The notes: generated by a model not told the origin, from the letters alone. DNA of 32,000 bases from Desulfotalea psychrophila LSv54 (GCF_000025945.1 NC_006138.1:2670001-2702000), one strand, 5' to 3'. Counted from the stretch's first letter, positions 7,644 to 17,955 are shown. Program-made: numbers and translations.

Positions 7644-8321
7644 ATGCTTAGCGCATCTATCCCGGGAAATCACCTCCTCAGAGTCCAAGTATATAACTAT
7701 CTTGAAAAACAGATGCAACTCGGTAATCTGAAGCCTGGATCTTCGATCAGTGTCAACACAATGATAAAGGAACTCGGCGTGAGCCGAACTCCTCTACGAG
7801 AAGCACTCATATTGCTTCAGGAACAAGGTTTTGTCTCCATTCAACCGCAACGTGGAGTGAAAATTAATGCGCTGAATATGGATGATGTTAAAGATATATA
7901 TGAAATTCTGGGAGGAATTGAATCTAGCATTTTTCTTTCTGTATTTGATAATCTGAGAGAAAAGGAAATTCAACAGATGAAGATGTTGAATAATGAAATT
8001 GAATTAGCTCTCGCAAATGAAGATATAATTAGGCACAATCAATTAAATGTCGATTTTCACGATACTTTTTTAGGGTTATCTAACAACAAACGCATGCTCA
8101 GATATGTGGGAATTCTTAAGATGCAACTCTATGATTTTCCAAGACGAAATTTTGGCATAAAGTGGAACAATAACAACTTGTATCAACATAGACAGTTTAT
8201 CCAGCTCATAGAAGAAGGAAAGGCCGTATCAGCAGCTGACTATCTAAGAGATATTCATTGGGACTTTGATCTTCCCGATTCGTTTCAAATCATCTCTGGC
8301 GCTGAAGAGCACCGAGGGTAA
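7644..8321 (+). CDS. GntR-family transcriptional regulator, FadR/FCD-type C-terminal domain
   Basis: Winged HTH LKPGSSISVNTMIKELGVSRTPLREALILLQEQGFVSIQPQRGVKI. Helical C-terminal half with the DIYEILGGIES pattern typical of FCD domains. Confidence 0.9.
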   Translation: MLSASIPGNHLLRVQVYNYLEKQMQLGNLKPGSSISVNTMIKELGVSRTPLREALILLQEQGFVSIQPQRGVKINALNMDDVKDIYEILGGIESSIFLSVFDNLREKEIQQMKMLNNEIELALANEDIIRHNQLNVDFHDTFLGLSNNKRMLRYVGILKMQLYDFPRRNFGIKWNNNNLYQHRQFIQLIEEGKAVSAADYLRDIHWDFDLPDSFQIISGAEEHRG

Positions 8322-8324
8322 GCC

Positions 8325-8705
8325 ACGAGCCAGGACAAGCCAACTTTTAAATCGCTCTAGCAATGATTAGTCGCAACAGAAAAACCCAAAACTTACCTGA
8401 TTTTTCTGGCCGATCTGGACAGGAAGCACGGAAATAACCATTAGCTATGGATAACAGAGGCAAGCCCCTGCTCGGAAGACAGAGGGTGGACGGGCCTGCT
8501 CTCCCCTCCCCTCTCAGTTGCCCGAACGGAGTGAGGGCGGTGAGCAGGTCAGGACGAACTGCCAGCGGCGTCTAGGAGTCCGTTCGCAGCGCTAGCGGAA
8601 GCTGAAACGAGAGTGAAGATTGGCAACTGGGCCGGGGCGGCACGGGGTTTAAAGGGGGGGGGGATGCTTCCCCCTTTGGTCAGGGTGGCTGGCAAGCCAC
8701 GATCC
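8325..8705 (+). repeat. GC-rich structured repeat, copy 4 (solo, most divergent)
   Basis: Leader 8330-8455 matches the leaders of copies 2 and 3. The core 8513-8705 has 4-nt and 2-nt deletions and compensatory changes relative to copies 1-3. No minus-strand ORF of 60 aa or more is present here. Confidence 0.85.
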
Positions 8706-8871
8706 ATGCTTACCGGTTAAGACAGTGCAGTGTTTTGTTATTAAAAATTTGTGACAAGATTCATGAGCCAATTTGGCCCCTCTCTTCAGCGTCGCCTCCC
8801 AAACAAGCAAAGACTTCTAGCAAGCTCTATGCTTCTCTGTTTTCTGGGTCGCTTCTCGACGAGAAGCATCT

Positions 8872-9405
8872 TTACTGGTGAGAAATGTGGGTCACATTTT
8901 TTTTCTTCGTTCGATTTTTCTTCCTCTGGAGATTGAGAGCAGTTACAAAGCGTTCTAAATCAACTACATACCAGGCAACCGCATTCAAGGCACCATCCTC
9001 ATCCTGAAATTCTATCTTAAGTAAGCGCTTGTTAATCGATTTGCCTAAAAAGCTCGAAGGCGTCACACACCTTTTTATTTTTTTAAGAGGAATACAGAGT
9101 TCCATCTTGGGCTGTAATCTCAAAAAATACAACTCTCTCTGAGCAAGAACAAGAACACCATTTCCTCTGGTTTGCTTCCCTTTGAACACTTCCATACCAA
9201 AATACTCGGCAAAATTATCATGGCAGAGGATGTCTCCGGAGCTGTATCTTTTAGCTAAAGTCTCACGAGATCCTTTACGAATCTTATCCATTTTTAAAAG
9301 AAGTACCACAAATCCGACCACAAGCAGCACGCCTATGGCGATCCATAGAATCGTTGCAGTGCTGTTCAACCAAGCCCCCCCTATACCAGTTGCTCCAGAA
9401 TCCAT
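8872..9405 (-). CDS. membrane-anchored protein with a possible PH/GRAM-like domain
   Basis: One TM helix (ILWIAIGVLLVVGFVVLLL), then GNGVLVLAQRELYFLR...LLKIEF, a pattern resembling bacterial PH/GRAM folds. Good RBS GGTGAGGA before the ATG. Confidence 0.55.
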   Translation of the reverse strand: MDSGATGIGGAWLNSTATILWIAIGVLLVVGFVVLLLKMDKIRKGSRETLAKRYSSGDILCHDNFAEYFGMEVFKGKQTRGNGVLVLAQRELYFLRLQPKMELCIPLKKIKRCVTPSSFLGKSINKRLLKIEFQDEDGALNAVAWYVVDLERFVTALNLQRKKNRTKKKNVTHISHQ

Positions 9406-9758
9406 TTTTCCTCACCTTATTTATAAATGTATGAACCTATCATTACTGTACACATATGCCTAGCGGGAACTCACCGTAGTCTCAACATAAACAGGCCTAA
9501 CCGAGTTACCTCCCGACAATGCAGGATGACGCAAAAAAAAGCGAAGGATCACCCTAGCTCCTTACAAAAAGTTGTATCTGCACCTGTACTACACAATCAT
9601 ATTATAGGCAATAATTAAGGGTGATTAGATGTGCACAGCAGGGAAGACAGCTCAGCTTTCTGGGCAGAGGATGTGGAGGTCTCTGTCACTAGCGAATTGG
9701 CGAGGCAGGAGAGGATGGAATCTAATGCTAAGGAAAAACTTCCGTAAGCTACTCTTAT

Positions 9759-9968
9759 TCAGGCCCTATTTTTTAATAAAAAAGGGCAGGCAACAAGGAC
9801 AATGCCCGTGGGGACAAGAATAAATATATTCGAAATAAAATATGGCATTAGCATCAGCCCTATACCGCTAAGAAACGGAATAATAGCTGTTTGCCTTTTG
9901 CCATAAAGCAAAAGGGCAAGCCCCATTGAGCCAAAAATCACGCCCCACATTAATGTTGATGTATTCAT
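9759..9968 (-). CDS. small two-TM membrane protein (69 aa)
   Basis: ORF with two clear hydrophobic helices. No family recognised. Confidence 0.4.
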   Translation of the reverse strand: MNTSTLMWGVIFGSMGLALLLYGKRQTAIIPFLSGIGLMLMPYFISNIFILVPTGIVLVACPFLLKNRA

Positions 9969-10070
9969 GGCAATGCTCTCATCATATATATTTTTTTACC
10001 CCATAAATCGGCACCTAGCGAAACCTGCTCAGCCCCAACCTCTTCCTAACACCTATACAAGCCCATCATA

Positions 10071-11702
10071 TTATGGGGCAGAAGGAGTATGAGCTGACAA
10101 GATCCGCAACACCTCTTCACATTTTCTGGCTGCCCGGGCAGCTATTTCCTGCGCCACAGAAAGAACCTCCTCTCTATAGAGAGGGTCCTCGATATCCCTC
10201 ATATTAATCAGAACATTCTGATAGGCCCCCCAGATCCCGGTTTCCAGGGCCCTGGCCCCGACCAAGGTATCTGAAGCGGAGGCCGGATTGCCATGACGAG
10301 CGACCTGACAAAAACTGTCCCAGGCCCCATCGGCCAGGCGCATGGTCCCAAGCGGCACATTGATGGCTGTCTTCAGCCCGGCCTCCATCCTGCCATCACG
10401 TCTCTCTCTCTCCTCCTCTGTGGACTGTGGTAGCCGCATCCCTGCCATATAATCGTTAAAGGCCGAGCTATCCCTATCAATCACAGAGATCAGCTGTTGG
10501 GTAAGCTGGTGCAGAACGGGAATTGCCTCCTGCATCTGGGGCTGAACCTCCTCGAATTTTCGCACCCCATGGGTAAGTTTGGCTACCATTGAGCCAAGGG
10601 CGGTGCCGATGGCCGCAATAGCCGCCGAAGCCGAACCGCCACCCGGGGCAGAGCTACGGGCCGCGATCTCTTCAATAAATTCCCGTACAGTGGCCCCGGC
10701 CAGAGGTTCGAGCAGTTTTTCTGCCAGCCGATATTCAATGATTTTTTCCTCTGGCTTAAATTGCGCCACCGAATTGAGACCCAGCCGTTCAATAGCCAGC
10801 CGGATTTTCTGCTCCTCTTCATAGATAAAGAGGTCTTCCTTTTCGATATAGTAATCAGCTGCCATAAGAAGAGTTTCAAGAGGCAACAGACCAACAATCT
10901 CTGAACCGGCCACCGCCAGGTTTAGGGCCCCTGCCTCCTCTTTCACCTCCTCAAAGAGGAGATGAATGGGTGTTACCCGATAGTCGAGAATATTTGCCGT
11001 CACCTGAGCCATATTATACTCCTGCACAAACCAACCCATTGCCCTAACCTCTCGCAGACGACCGGGCGCACCTTCTCCCCTGCCCGCCTCCCGCAGGTTA
11101 AGGGCTATGCGGTGAGCCTGATTAGGCGTTGCCAATATATTAACATTATAGGCGATAAGAAAATTACGGGCCCCCGTGGCCGTAATCCCCCAGCTCGGAA
11201 CAAACTCCGAGGGGCCATAGTCGGGTTGCCATTTTGCCTCTGTCAGGCGGAGAGCCAAGCCCTCATACTCTCCCTGCCGTAAGGCCGAGAGTTCCCGCCG
11301 ATAATCATGCTCTGCGGCAGCCCCATAGAGATAAAGGGGAATCCCGAGTTCCTCCGCCGCCCTCTTGGCAAATCTCCGGGCCAACTGAACACACTCCTCC
11401 ATGCTCACCCCGGTAATAGGGATAAAGGGACAGACATCCATGGCCCCAAAGCGAGGATGCTCTCCACTGTGGTTGCGCATATCTATCAGGGTAGCTGCCA
11501 CCCGGGCCGCGGTCAATGCACCTTCAAGCACAGTCTCCGGGTCACCCACGAAGGTAAAGACGCTTCGATTGGTCGAGCTCCCGGCATCAAGGTCGAGTAA
11601 GGTACATCCGTCGGTCTCTTTAATGGCCCTGGCTATTGCCCCTATAATTTTCTGATCTCTTCCCTCGGAAAAATTGGGAACACACTCCACTATCTTCTTC
11701 AT
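10071..11702 (-). CDS. ftcD: bifunctional glutamate formimidoyltransferase / formimidoyltetrahydrofolate cyclodeaminase
   Basis: The N-terminus KIVECVPNFSEGRD is the formiminotransferase hallmark. The C-terminal third has PGGGSASAAIAAIGTALGSMV, the cyclodeaminase motif. ATG at 11702 with RBS AAGGAGAGGG is preferred over the upstream alternative start at 11726. Confidence 0.9.
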   Translation of the reverse strand: MKKIVECVPNFSEGRDQKIIGAIARAIKETDGCTLLDLDAGSSTNRSVFTFVGDPETVLEGALTAARVAATLIDMRNHSGEHPRFGAMDVCPFIPITGVSMEECVQLARRFAKRAAEELGIPLYLYGAAAEHDYRRELSALRQGEYEGLALRLTEAKWQPDYGPSEFVPSWGITATGARNFLIAYNVNILATPNQAHRIALNLREAGRGEGAPGRLREVRAMGWFVQEYNMAQVTANILDYRVTPIHLLFEEVKEEAGALNLAVAGSEIVGLLPLETLLMAADYYIEKEDLFIYEEEQKIRLAIERLGLNSVAQFKPEEKIIEYRLAEKLLEPLAGATVREFIEEIAARSSAPGGGSASAAIAAIGTALGSMVAKLTHGVRKFEEVQPQMQEAIPVLHQLTQQLISVIDRDSSAFNDYMAGMRLPQSTEEERERRDGRMEAGLKTAINVPLGTMRLADGAWDSFCQVARHGNPASASDTLVGARALETGIWGAYQNVLINMRDIEDPLYREEVLSVAQEIAARAARKCEEVLRILSAHTPSAP

Positions 11703-12031
11703 TGCCCTCTCCTTGGGGAACCTCAAAAAATAGTCTTTTCTTCAAATCTCTACCTTGTATGAAAAAATTTTATCCTCGGAGGTAAACATAGACTCCGATA
11801 TGACGATGCCTATGGTAAATTTTTTAATTCGCCTCGCAGTCGGGGCTGCTCATTATTGAAAATTCTTAATTTCTCTGCCATCACCAACAAAAACTTAAGA
11901 AATGAAATGACTGAGTAAAAAACTCCCCTGCGAAGCGTAAGATTATTTTATTCTTTCGGCGTACTAAAGTACGTCGTAATGATAAAATAACTGCAACAGA
12001 CAAGCAGATGATGATTTTTTACAAGGTCATC

Positions 12032-13276
12032 TCAGTGTACTTTCTCTCCTCGTTTATAGACACTGGCAACAGAAGAGACCCCGGCATGATAGGCAAGAAC
12101 GGCTGGCGTCTCACCTTCCAGCAGAAGAAAATCCGCCTGTTTCCCTCTATCCAAACTACCGACCCTGTCTGCCATATTAAGGGCATAGGCCGAGTTTAAA
12201 CTTGCCCCCGTCAGAGCCTCGGCCGGAGTCATCTCCATATTGAGGACGGCCAGGCCAATAACAAACTGCATTGACTCAGTAAAACTTGAGCCCGGATTAC
12301 AGTCGGTGGCCAGAGCCACGGCCACCCTGTTTTCAATCATCACCCTGGCCCGAGCATAGTCCTTTCTGAGACTATAGGCCGTAGCGGGTAGGAGGGTGGC
12401 AATCACCCCGGCCTGAGACATGGCCCTTATATTGGTGTCACTTGCCGCCAGCAGATGATCCGCCGAACAGGCGCCCAGTTCAGCGGCCAGGCCCGCCCCG
12501 CCAAGATCAGTCACCTCATCGGCGTGGATCTTAAGCCCCAGTCCCATTGCCCGAGCAGCCTTTAATAAAATACGGCTCTGCTCTATGCTAAAAACCCCTC
12601 TCTCACAGAAGACATCACAAAACCGGGCAATCCCCTGTTCCCGGACTCGGGGAAGCATCTCCTCCACGATCATTGTAATAAAGGCATCGGCATCTGTTTT
12701 ATACTGCCCGGGAATGGCATGGGCACCAAGGAAGGTGGCCACTATATCAAGACAGCTGTCTACTGCCACCCGACCAATCACCCTCAGCATCTTCAGCTCA
12801 TTGTCCGTATCCAGCCCATAACCGCTTTTTATCTCCAGACTGGTGGTGCCAAAGCTCAACGCAGTTTGCACCCGATGGAGAGTACTCTTATAGAGCTCAT
12901 CCTCACCTGCCAGAGCGACCGCTCGCACCGAGGAGAGAATTCCACCGCCCTCACTCAGTATTTGCAGATAGGAGGTCCCTGCTATGCGCTGGGCAAATTC
13001 TGCCTCTCTGGGAGCGGCAAAACACATATGGGTATGGGGATCAACGAAGCCGGGAATCATACATCTGCCCCCACAGTCCACCTCCTCCACCTCTGCTCCC
13101 CCCTTGGCCACTGCCAGCACAGCCTCCTCATCGCCCATGGCCACAATCAAACCATCTGCCACCAGCAGGGCCCCATTGGGGAAATGGGCCAGTTTTCCCT
13201 GAGCCTTGCCAGCCGACGGCTGACCGCTGTCCATGGGGCTGTATATCCTTGTATTGCGAAAGAGCTGATGTGACAT
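12032..13276 (-). CDS. hutI: imidazolonepropionase
   Basis: Amidohydrolase metal motif GFVDPHTHMCFAA, plus KIHADE and ATDCNPGSS. Strong RBS AAGGAGG. Confidence 0.95.
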   Translation of the reverse strand: MSHQLFRNTRIYSPMDSGQPSAGKAQGKLAHFPNGALLVADGLIVAMGDEEAVLAVAKGGAEVEEVDCGGRCMIPGFVDPHTHMCFAAPREAEFAQRIAGTSYLQILSEGGGILSSVRAVALAGEDELYKSTLHRVQTALSFGTTSLEIKSGYGLDTDNELKMLRVIGRVAVDSCLDIVATFLGAHAIPGQYKTDADAFITMIVEEMLPRVREQGIARFCDVFCERGVFSIEQSRILLKAARAMGLGLKIHADEVTDLGGAGLAAELGACSADHLLAASDTNIRAMSQAGVIATLLPATAYSLRKDYARARVMIENRVAVALATDCNPGSSFTESMQFVIGLAVLNMEMTPAEALTGASLNSAYALNMADRVGSLDRGKQADFLLLEGETPAVLAYHAGVSSVASVYKRGEKVH

Positions 13277-13544
13277 TTCCTGCCTCCTTATTTTCCATCC
13301 TGAAACGTCCCTCTCGTCCTGGGGCTCTGTAAAACTTTATCCACCGTATATTGTTTGCCCTTTTCTCGCGCTGACTTCGTTTCTCATTCGGTCACATAGC
13401 GCTGCTATGTTTCTTCATTCGTGCCTTGCAGCACACCAAAATGGCTCAACAATATTTACGATATCTAAAGCTCTACAAAGCACTTGCTTATCGTCGTCCG
13501 CAAAATTTAATCCTCGGAGATAAGCGTGGTTCGAGCTCTGCCTG

Positions 13545-15572
13545 CTAGTCTGATTCCGAAAAAAGGAGGGCCACAGCCTCGGCTATCTGGCCTTCATCGG
13601 TCTGAAAGGGAATGGTTATCTGGTCATGGTTTTCATTTTCACCGTTATAGGCCATGGCCACCTGCATGGCATTGGGGTTGCGGGCCCAGTTGCGGCGGGC
13701 AACACCGCCCATCACATCCCAGGAGATGGCGCTGGCCAGTATCTCATCCACCCGAAGACTGCCATCGAGGACCATGGCGAAACCGCCGTTAATCGCCTTG
13801 CCAATTCCGGTTCCGCCACCATTATGCAGGGCCACCAATGACATACCCCGGGCGGCATTACCGGCAAAACAGTGGGTGGCCATATCGGCACAGACGTTAC
13901 TGCCATCGCAGATATTGGCTGTTTCCCGAAAAGGCGAGTCGGTACCACCCGGATCATGATGGTCACGACCGATAATGATCGGGCCCACCTCGCCCCTACG
14001 CACCATCTCGTTAAATTTTAGGGCAATGGCCGTGCGCCCTCCTGCATCGGAGTAGAGAATACGGGCCTGGCTACCGACCACCAGATTATTGGCCCTTGCC
14101 TCCTTAATCCACATATAATTATCGCGATCCTCTAACCTGCGATTAGGATCAATACAGGACATTGCCGCCCTATCTGTCTTAGCAAGATCTTCCGGCCTGC
14201 CACTTAAACAGACCCAGCGAAAGGGGCCATAACCGTAGTCAAAGATCGGCCCCATAATATCTTCAAAGTAAGAGGGAAAGACAAAACCGTCTTTGCCATC
14301 GACACCATTTTTAACAACCTCCGTTACCCCCGCATCAAAGACAGCCTTAAGAAAGGCATTGCCGTAATCAAAAAAATAGGCCCCCTGCTCTGAGAGTTTT
14401 TGAATGGCCGCATAATGACGATGCAGGCTCTTATCGACCAGTGATTTAAAGAGGGGGCGGTCGGTGCCAAGCAGACGGGTTCGCTCGGCAAAATCGATTC
14501 CCTGCGGACAGTAACCACCATCGTAGACAACATGGCAGGAGGTCTGGTCTGAGAGAAGATCGACCGGGAACTTTTTTTCCGCTAAATACTCAAGGAGATC
14601 AACGACATTACCATGGTAGGCAATTGAACTATTATCCCTTGCCGCACGACTCTTATCGGCAATGTTCAAGATCTCGTCTAAATTATCCGAAACCACATCC
14701 ACCCAGCCCTGTTCTTTACGGGTATTGATCCTGGAAAGATCAACCTCGGCGGTGATAGAGACGGCACCTGCAATCTTTGCCGCCTTAGGCTGGGCCCCGC
14801 TCATTCCGCCAAGACCGGAGGTAACAAAGAGCAGACCGGCAAGATTACCCGTCCCCACCCCGCACATCTTTCGCCCACCGTTGAGCAGGGTATTATAGGT
14901 GCCGTGGACAATACCCTGAGGTCCGATATACATCCAGCCTCCGGCCGTCATCTGCCCATATGAGGAGACGCCCATCTGGGCTGCAATCTCCCAATCATCA
15001 GGATTATCGTAGAGACCGACCATCAGGCCATTACTGATAATGACCCTCGGCTGGTCAGGATCTGATTTAAAAAGCCCCAAGGGGTGACCTGACTGCATCA
15101 CCAAGGTTTGCTCTTCGCTCATGGCCTGCAGATATTTTTTTATGAGCCGCAGTTGCATCCAGTTCTGACAAACACTGCCAGTCTCGCCGTAGGTCACCAA
15201 CTCATAGGGATAGAGAGCAATATCAAAATCAAGATTATTGTCAATCATCAGCTGAAAGGCCTTCCCAGCCAAACAGTTCCCCTGATACTGATCGATTGCC
15301 TTGGCCTTTATCAACCCATGAGGACGATAGCGATACCCGTAGATACGGCCCCTGCTCTTCAGTTCTTGTAAAAACTCCGGGATGAGGAGTTGATGGTGCT
15401 GCTCCGGAATATAACGCAGGGCATTTTTCAGGGCGGTCTCGGTCTGACTCCTGCTCAAGCGAAAGCCACGATCCGGAGCACGGCGGATTCCTGGCAAAAA
15501 CTCCTCTTGGACCGGCAGCTCATCGGCCAAGCGAATCTTCATCACCCCGGCAATTTCCGCATTATCAATCAT
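13545..15572 (-). CDS. hutU: urocanate hydratase, long (~675 aa) form
   Basis: Conserved QMTAGGWMYIGPQGIVHGTY, LFVTSGLGGMSGAQP and HDPGGTDSPFRETAN. The N-terminal extension GIRRAPDRGFRLS..ALRYIP is characteristic of the long-form enzymes. ATG at 15572 follows GGGGAGGG, so the ORF-track start at 15638 is less likely. Confidence 0.95.
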   Translation of the reverse strand: MIDNAEIAGVMKIRLADELPVQEEFLPGIRRAPDRGFRLSRSQTETALKNALRYIPEQHHQLLIPEFLQELKSRGRIYGYRYRPHGLIKAKAIDQYQGNCLAGKAFQLMIDNNLDFDIALYPYELVTYGETGSVCQNWMQLRLIKKYLQAMSEEQTLVMQSGHPLGLFKSDPDQPRVIISNGLMVGLYDNPDDWEIAAQMGVSSYGQMTAGGWMYIGPQGIVHGTYNTLLNGGRKMCGVGTGNLAGLLFVTSGLGGMSGAQPKAAKIAGAVSITAEVDLSRINTRKEQGWVDVVSDNLDEILNIADKSRAARDNSSIAYHGNVVDLLEYLAEKKFPVDLLSDQTSCHVVYDGGYCPQGIDFAERTRLLGTDRPLFKSLVDKSLHRHYAAIQKLSEQGAYFFDYGNAFLKAVFDAGVTEVVKNGVDGKDGFVFPSYFEDIMGPIFDYGYGPFRWVCLSGRPEDLAKTDRAAMSCIDPNRRLEDRDNYMWIKEARANNLVVGSQARILYSDAGGRTAIALKFNEMVRRGEVGPIIIGRDHHDPGGTDSPFRETANICDGSNVCADMATHCFAGNAARGMSLVALHNGGGTGIGKAINGGFAMVLDGSLRVDEILASAISWDVMGGVARRNWARNPNAMQVAMAYNGENENHDQITIPFQTDEGQIAEAVALLFSESD

Positions 15573-15782
15573 TTCACCCTCCCCTGTTTTCAGATTACCC
15601 AGCAAACAACAGTAAGCATTTTGAAATAATTGTATCATCCCCTCGCCGCGTATACAAGTTGCTGTAAACTGGCAGTTTCCACTTGATTCAAGCCTGCTTT
15701 ATCTATACGCTTTAAGCGTGGTTATGAATAAGGTATCCCCCACAGCACAGAGCATCTAACCGCCTTAGCAGGAGACACAGCT

Positions 15783-17321
15783 ATGAACAGCAAAATAGAG
15801 ATCAAGCCTGGCAGGCTCACTCTGGCAGAACTTCGCAGGATGGCAAAGGCACCGGTCGGGGTCAGATTAGAAGAGAAGTGTAAAGGAAAAATTAATGCCT
15901 CGGTCCAAACAGTAGGCGAGGTGATCAGACAGGGGCGGGTAATCTACGGCATCAATACCGGCTTCGGCCTGTTGGCAAACACCATTATCCCAAACGAAGA
16001 GCTTGAGCATCTGCAACGATCGCTTATCCTCTCCCATGCGGCAGGTGTAGGTGCTTTCATGGCAGACTCTACGGTGCGGCTGATGATGGTACTCAAGATC
16101 AACAGCCTGGCCCGGGGCTATTCCGGAATACGGCTTGAGGTAATCGAGGCCTTAGTACAGCTGCTCAACGCTGAGGTCTATCCATCTGTCCCCCAAAAAG
16201 GCTCGGTGGGGGCATCGGGAGACCTCGCTCCTCTGGCCCACATGAGCATCGTCCTCCTCGGTGAAGGTGAGGCCTCTTACCGGGGGCAAAGACTATCCGG
16301 GCGGGAAGGTTTAGAGCTAGCCGGTTTATCCCCCATCACCCTCGGCCCCAAGGAGGGACTGGCCCTGTTAAATGGCACCCAGGCATCCACCGCCTTTGCC
16401 CTGCAAGGGCTCTTTGCCGCCGAAGAGCTATTTGCCACAGCCATGGTTTCCGGAAGCTTAAGCCTTGATGCAGCCCTCGGAAGTCGCCGCCCCTTTAATC
16501 CACTTATTCATGCTGTACGCGGACATAAGAGCCAAATAGATGTCGCCGCCTCCTATAGACAACTCCTTGAACATAGTGAGATCGAACGTTCCCATAAATT
16601 CTGTGAGGCCGTTCAGGACCCATACTCCCTGCGCTGCCAACCTCAAGTTATGGGTGCCTGTCTCAACCAGATCCGCAACGCGGCAGAGGTGATCGGCACC
16701 GAGGCAAACGCTGTCTCCGACAATCCCCTGGTTTTCTGTAAAGAAAATGACATCATCTCCGGCGGTAACTTCCACGCTGAACCCATTGCCATGGTGGCCG
16801 ACAACCTGGCCCTGGCCATTGCCGAGATTGGTGCCCTGCCCGAGAGAAGAACGGCCCTGCTCATCGATTCTCATATGTCGGGCCTTCCCCCCTTTCTCGT
16901 TGACAAGGGCGGGCTCAACTCCGGTTTTATGATAGCGCAGGTAACCGCGGCGGCTCTGGCCAGTGAAAATAAGTCCCTTGCCCATCCGGCATCGGTTGAC
17001 AGCCTGCCAACCTCGGCTAATCAGGAGGACCATGTCTCCATGGCAACCTTTGCCGCCAGACGACTCTTGGAAATGGCCGACAATACAGCAGGAATTCTAG
17101 CCATTGAGCTGCTTGCCGCCTGCCAGGGAATCGACTTTCGCGCCCCCCTTAAGACCTCACCCCTGCTGGAAGAGGCCAAGAGCATTGTCCGCCAGGTTGT
17201 GGCCTTTTACGATCAGGACCGCTACCTTGCCCCGGATATCAAAAACGCCCAGGCGCTTGTTCAAGCCGGGGCCTTCAATCACCTGGTCAGCCGCGATCTC
17301 CTGCCAAGTTTTAACAGATAG
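15783..17321 (+). CDS. hutH: histidine ammonia-lyase
   Basis: [15 protein letters not shown] contains the Ala-Ser-Gly triad that forms the MIO cofactor. RBS AGGAGA. Confidence 0.95.
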   Translation: MNSKIEIKPGRLTLAELRRMAKAPVGVRLEEKCKGKINASVQTVGEVIRQGRVIYGINTGFGLLANTIIPNEELEHLQRSLILSHAAGVGAFMADSTVRLMMVLKINSLARGYSGIRLEVIEALVQLLNAEVYPSVPQKGSVGASGDLAPLAHMSIVLLGEGEASYRGQRLSGREGLELAGLSPITLGPKEGLALLNGTQASTAFALQGLFAAEELFATAMVSGSLSLDAALGSRRPFNPLIHAVRGHKSQIDVAASYRQLLEHSEIERSHKFCEAVQDPYSLRCQPQVMGACLNQIRNAAEVIGTEANAVSDNPLVFCKENDIISGGNFHAEPIAMVADNLALAIAEIGALPERRTALLIDSHMSGLPPFLVDKGGLNSGFMIAQVTAAALASENKSLAHPASVDSLPTSANQEDHVSMATFAARRLLEMADNTAGILAIELLAACQGIDFRAPLKTSPLLEEAKSIVRQVVAFYDQDRYLAPDIKNAQALVQAGAFNHLVSRDLLPSFNR

Positions 17322-17374
17322 GATCACCTGGATGTAGGCCAGGGTAATGCCAGGGTCGAGGCAAAACAGAAAAA

Positions 17375-17408
17375 GCCTCTTGGATATTTTTCCAAGAGGC
17401 TTTTTTTT
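17375..17408 (+). terminator. rho-independent terminator after hutH (potentially bidirectional)
   Basis: GCCTCTTGGA (17375-17384) and TCCAAGAGGC (17391-17400) are followed by T8. An A-run precedes the stem. Confidence 0.85.
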
Positions 17409-17502
17409 CATTCAGATGAGACTCAAAGCCTACCCTTGCTGACAAATGGGCAGGTTGAAGAGCAGACAATTGGTCCCTCGAAGGTGTGGCAAGGGTGGAG
17501 TT

Positions 17503-17940
17503 CTACTCACCTATATCTTCATTCCACAGCTCAGGATTCTCTTCAATAAACCTTTCCATAAGCTGTCGACACTCCTCACTATCAACCACCACCACCTCTA
17601 CCCCCTGTGACCTCATATAATCTTCCGGGCCGCAGAAAGTACGGTTCTCACCAATGACTACCCTGGGAATTCCATAGAGTAGTACCGCCCCACTGCACAT
17701 ATCACAGGGAGACAGAGTCGAGTAGAGTGTTGCCCGGCGATAATCGGCTGCTTTAATTCGGCCCGCATTTTCCAGGCAATCCATCTCTGCATGCAGTACC
17801 ACACTGCCCCTCTGCACTCGCTGGTTGTGACCGCGCCCAACTATCTGACCATCAATGACCAGTACCGAGCCAATGGGTATACCACCGGTGGCCATCCCCT
17901 TCCTGGCCTCTGCAACTGCTACCGCAAAAAACTTATCCAT
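17503..17940 (-). CDS. cytosine deaminase, CDA-fold (yeast FCY1-like)
   Basis: HAEMDCLE zinc motif and TLYSTLSPCDMCSGAVLLYGIPRVVIGEN. The C-terminus FIEENPELWNEDIGE closely parallels yeast Fcy1 as I recall it (TLYTTLSPCDMCTGAIIMYGIPRCVVGEN ... FIDERPQDWFEDIGE). Confidence 0.85.
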   Translation of the reverse strand: MDKFFAVAVAEARKGMATGGIPIGSVLVIDGQIVGRGHNQRVQRGSVVLHAEMDCLENAGRIKAADYRRATLYSTLSPCDMCSGAVLLYGIPRVVIGENRTFCGPEDYMRSQGVEVVVVDSEECRQLMERFIEENPELWNEDIGE

Positions 17941-17955
17941 AAGTAATCCTCTGAT

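Noticed and set aside
10579-15629. Numerous plus-strand ORFs of 60-184 aa overlapping ftcD, hutI and hutU (for example 12719..13273, 13526..13792, 15390..15629)
   Set aside because: They are antisense to strongly supported enzyme genes. They are Pro/Arg/Ser/Ala-rich, as expected from reverse frames of GC-rich coding DNA, and have no motifs.
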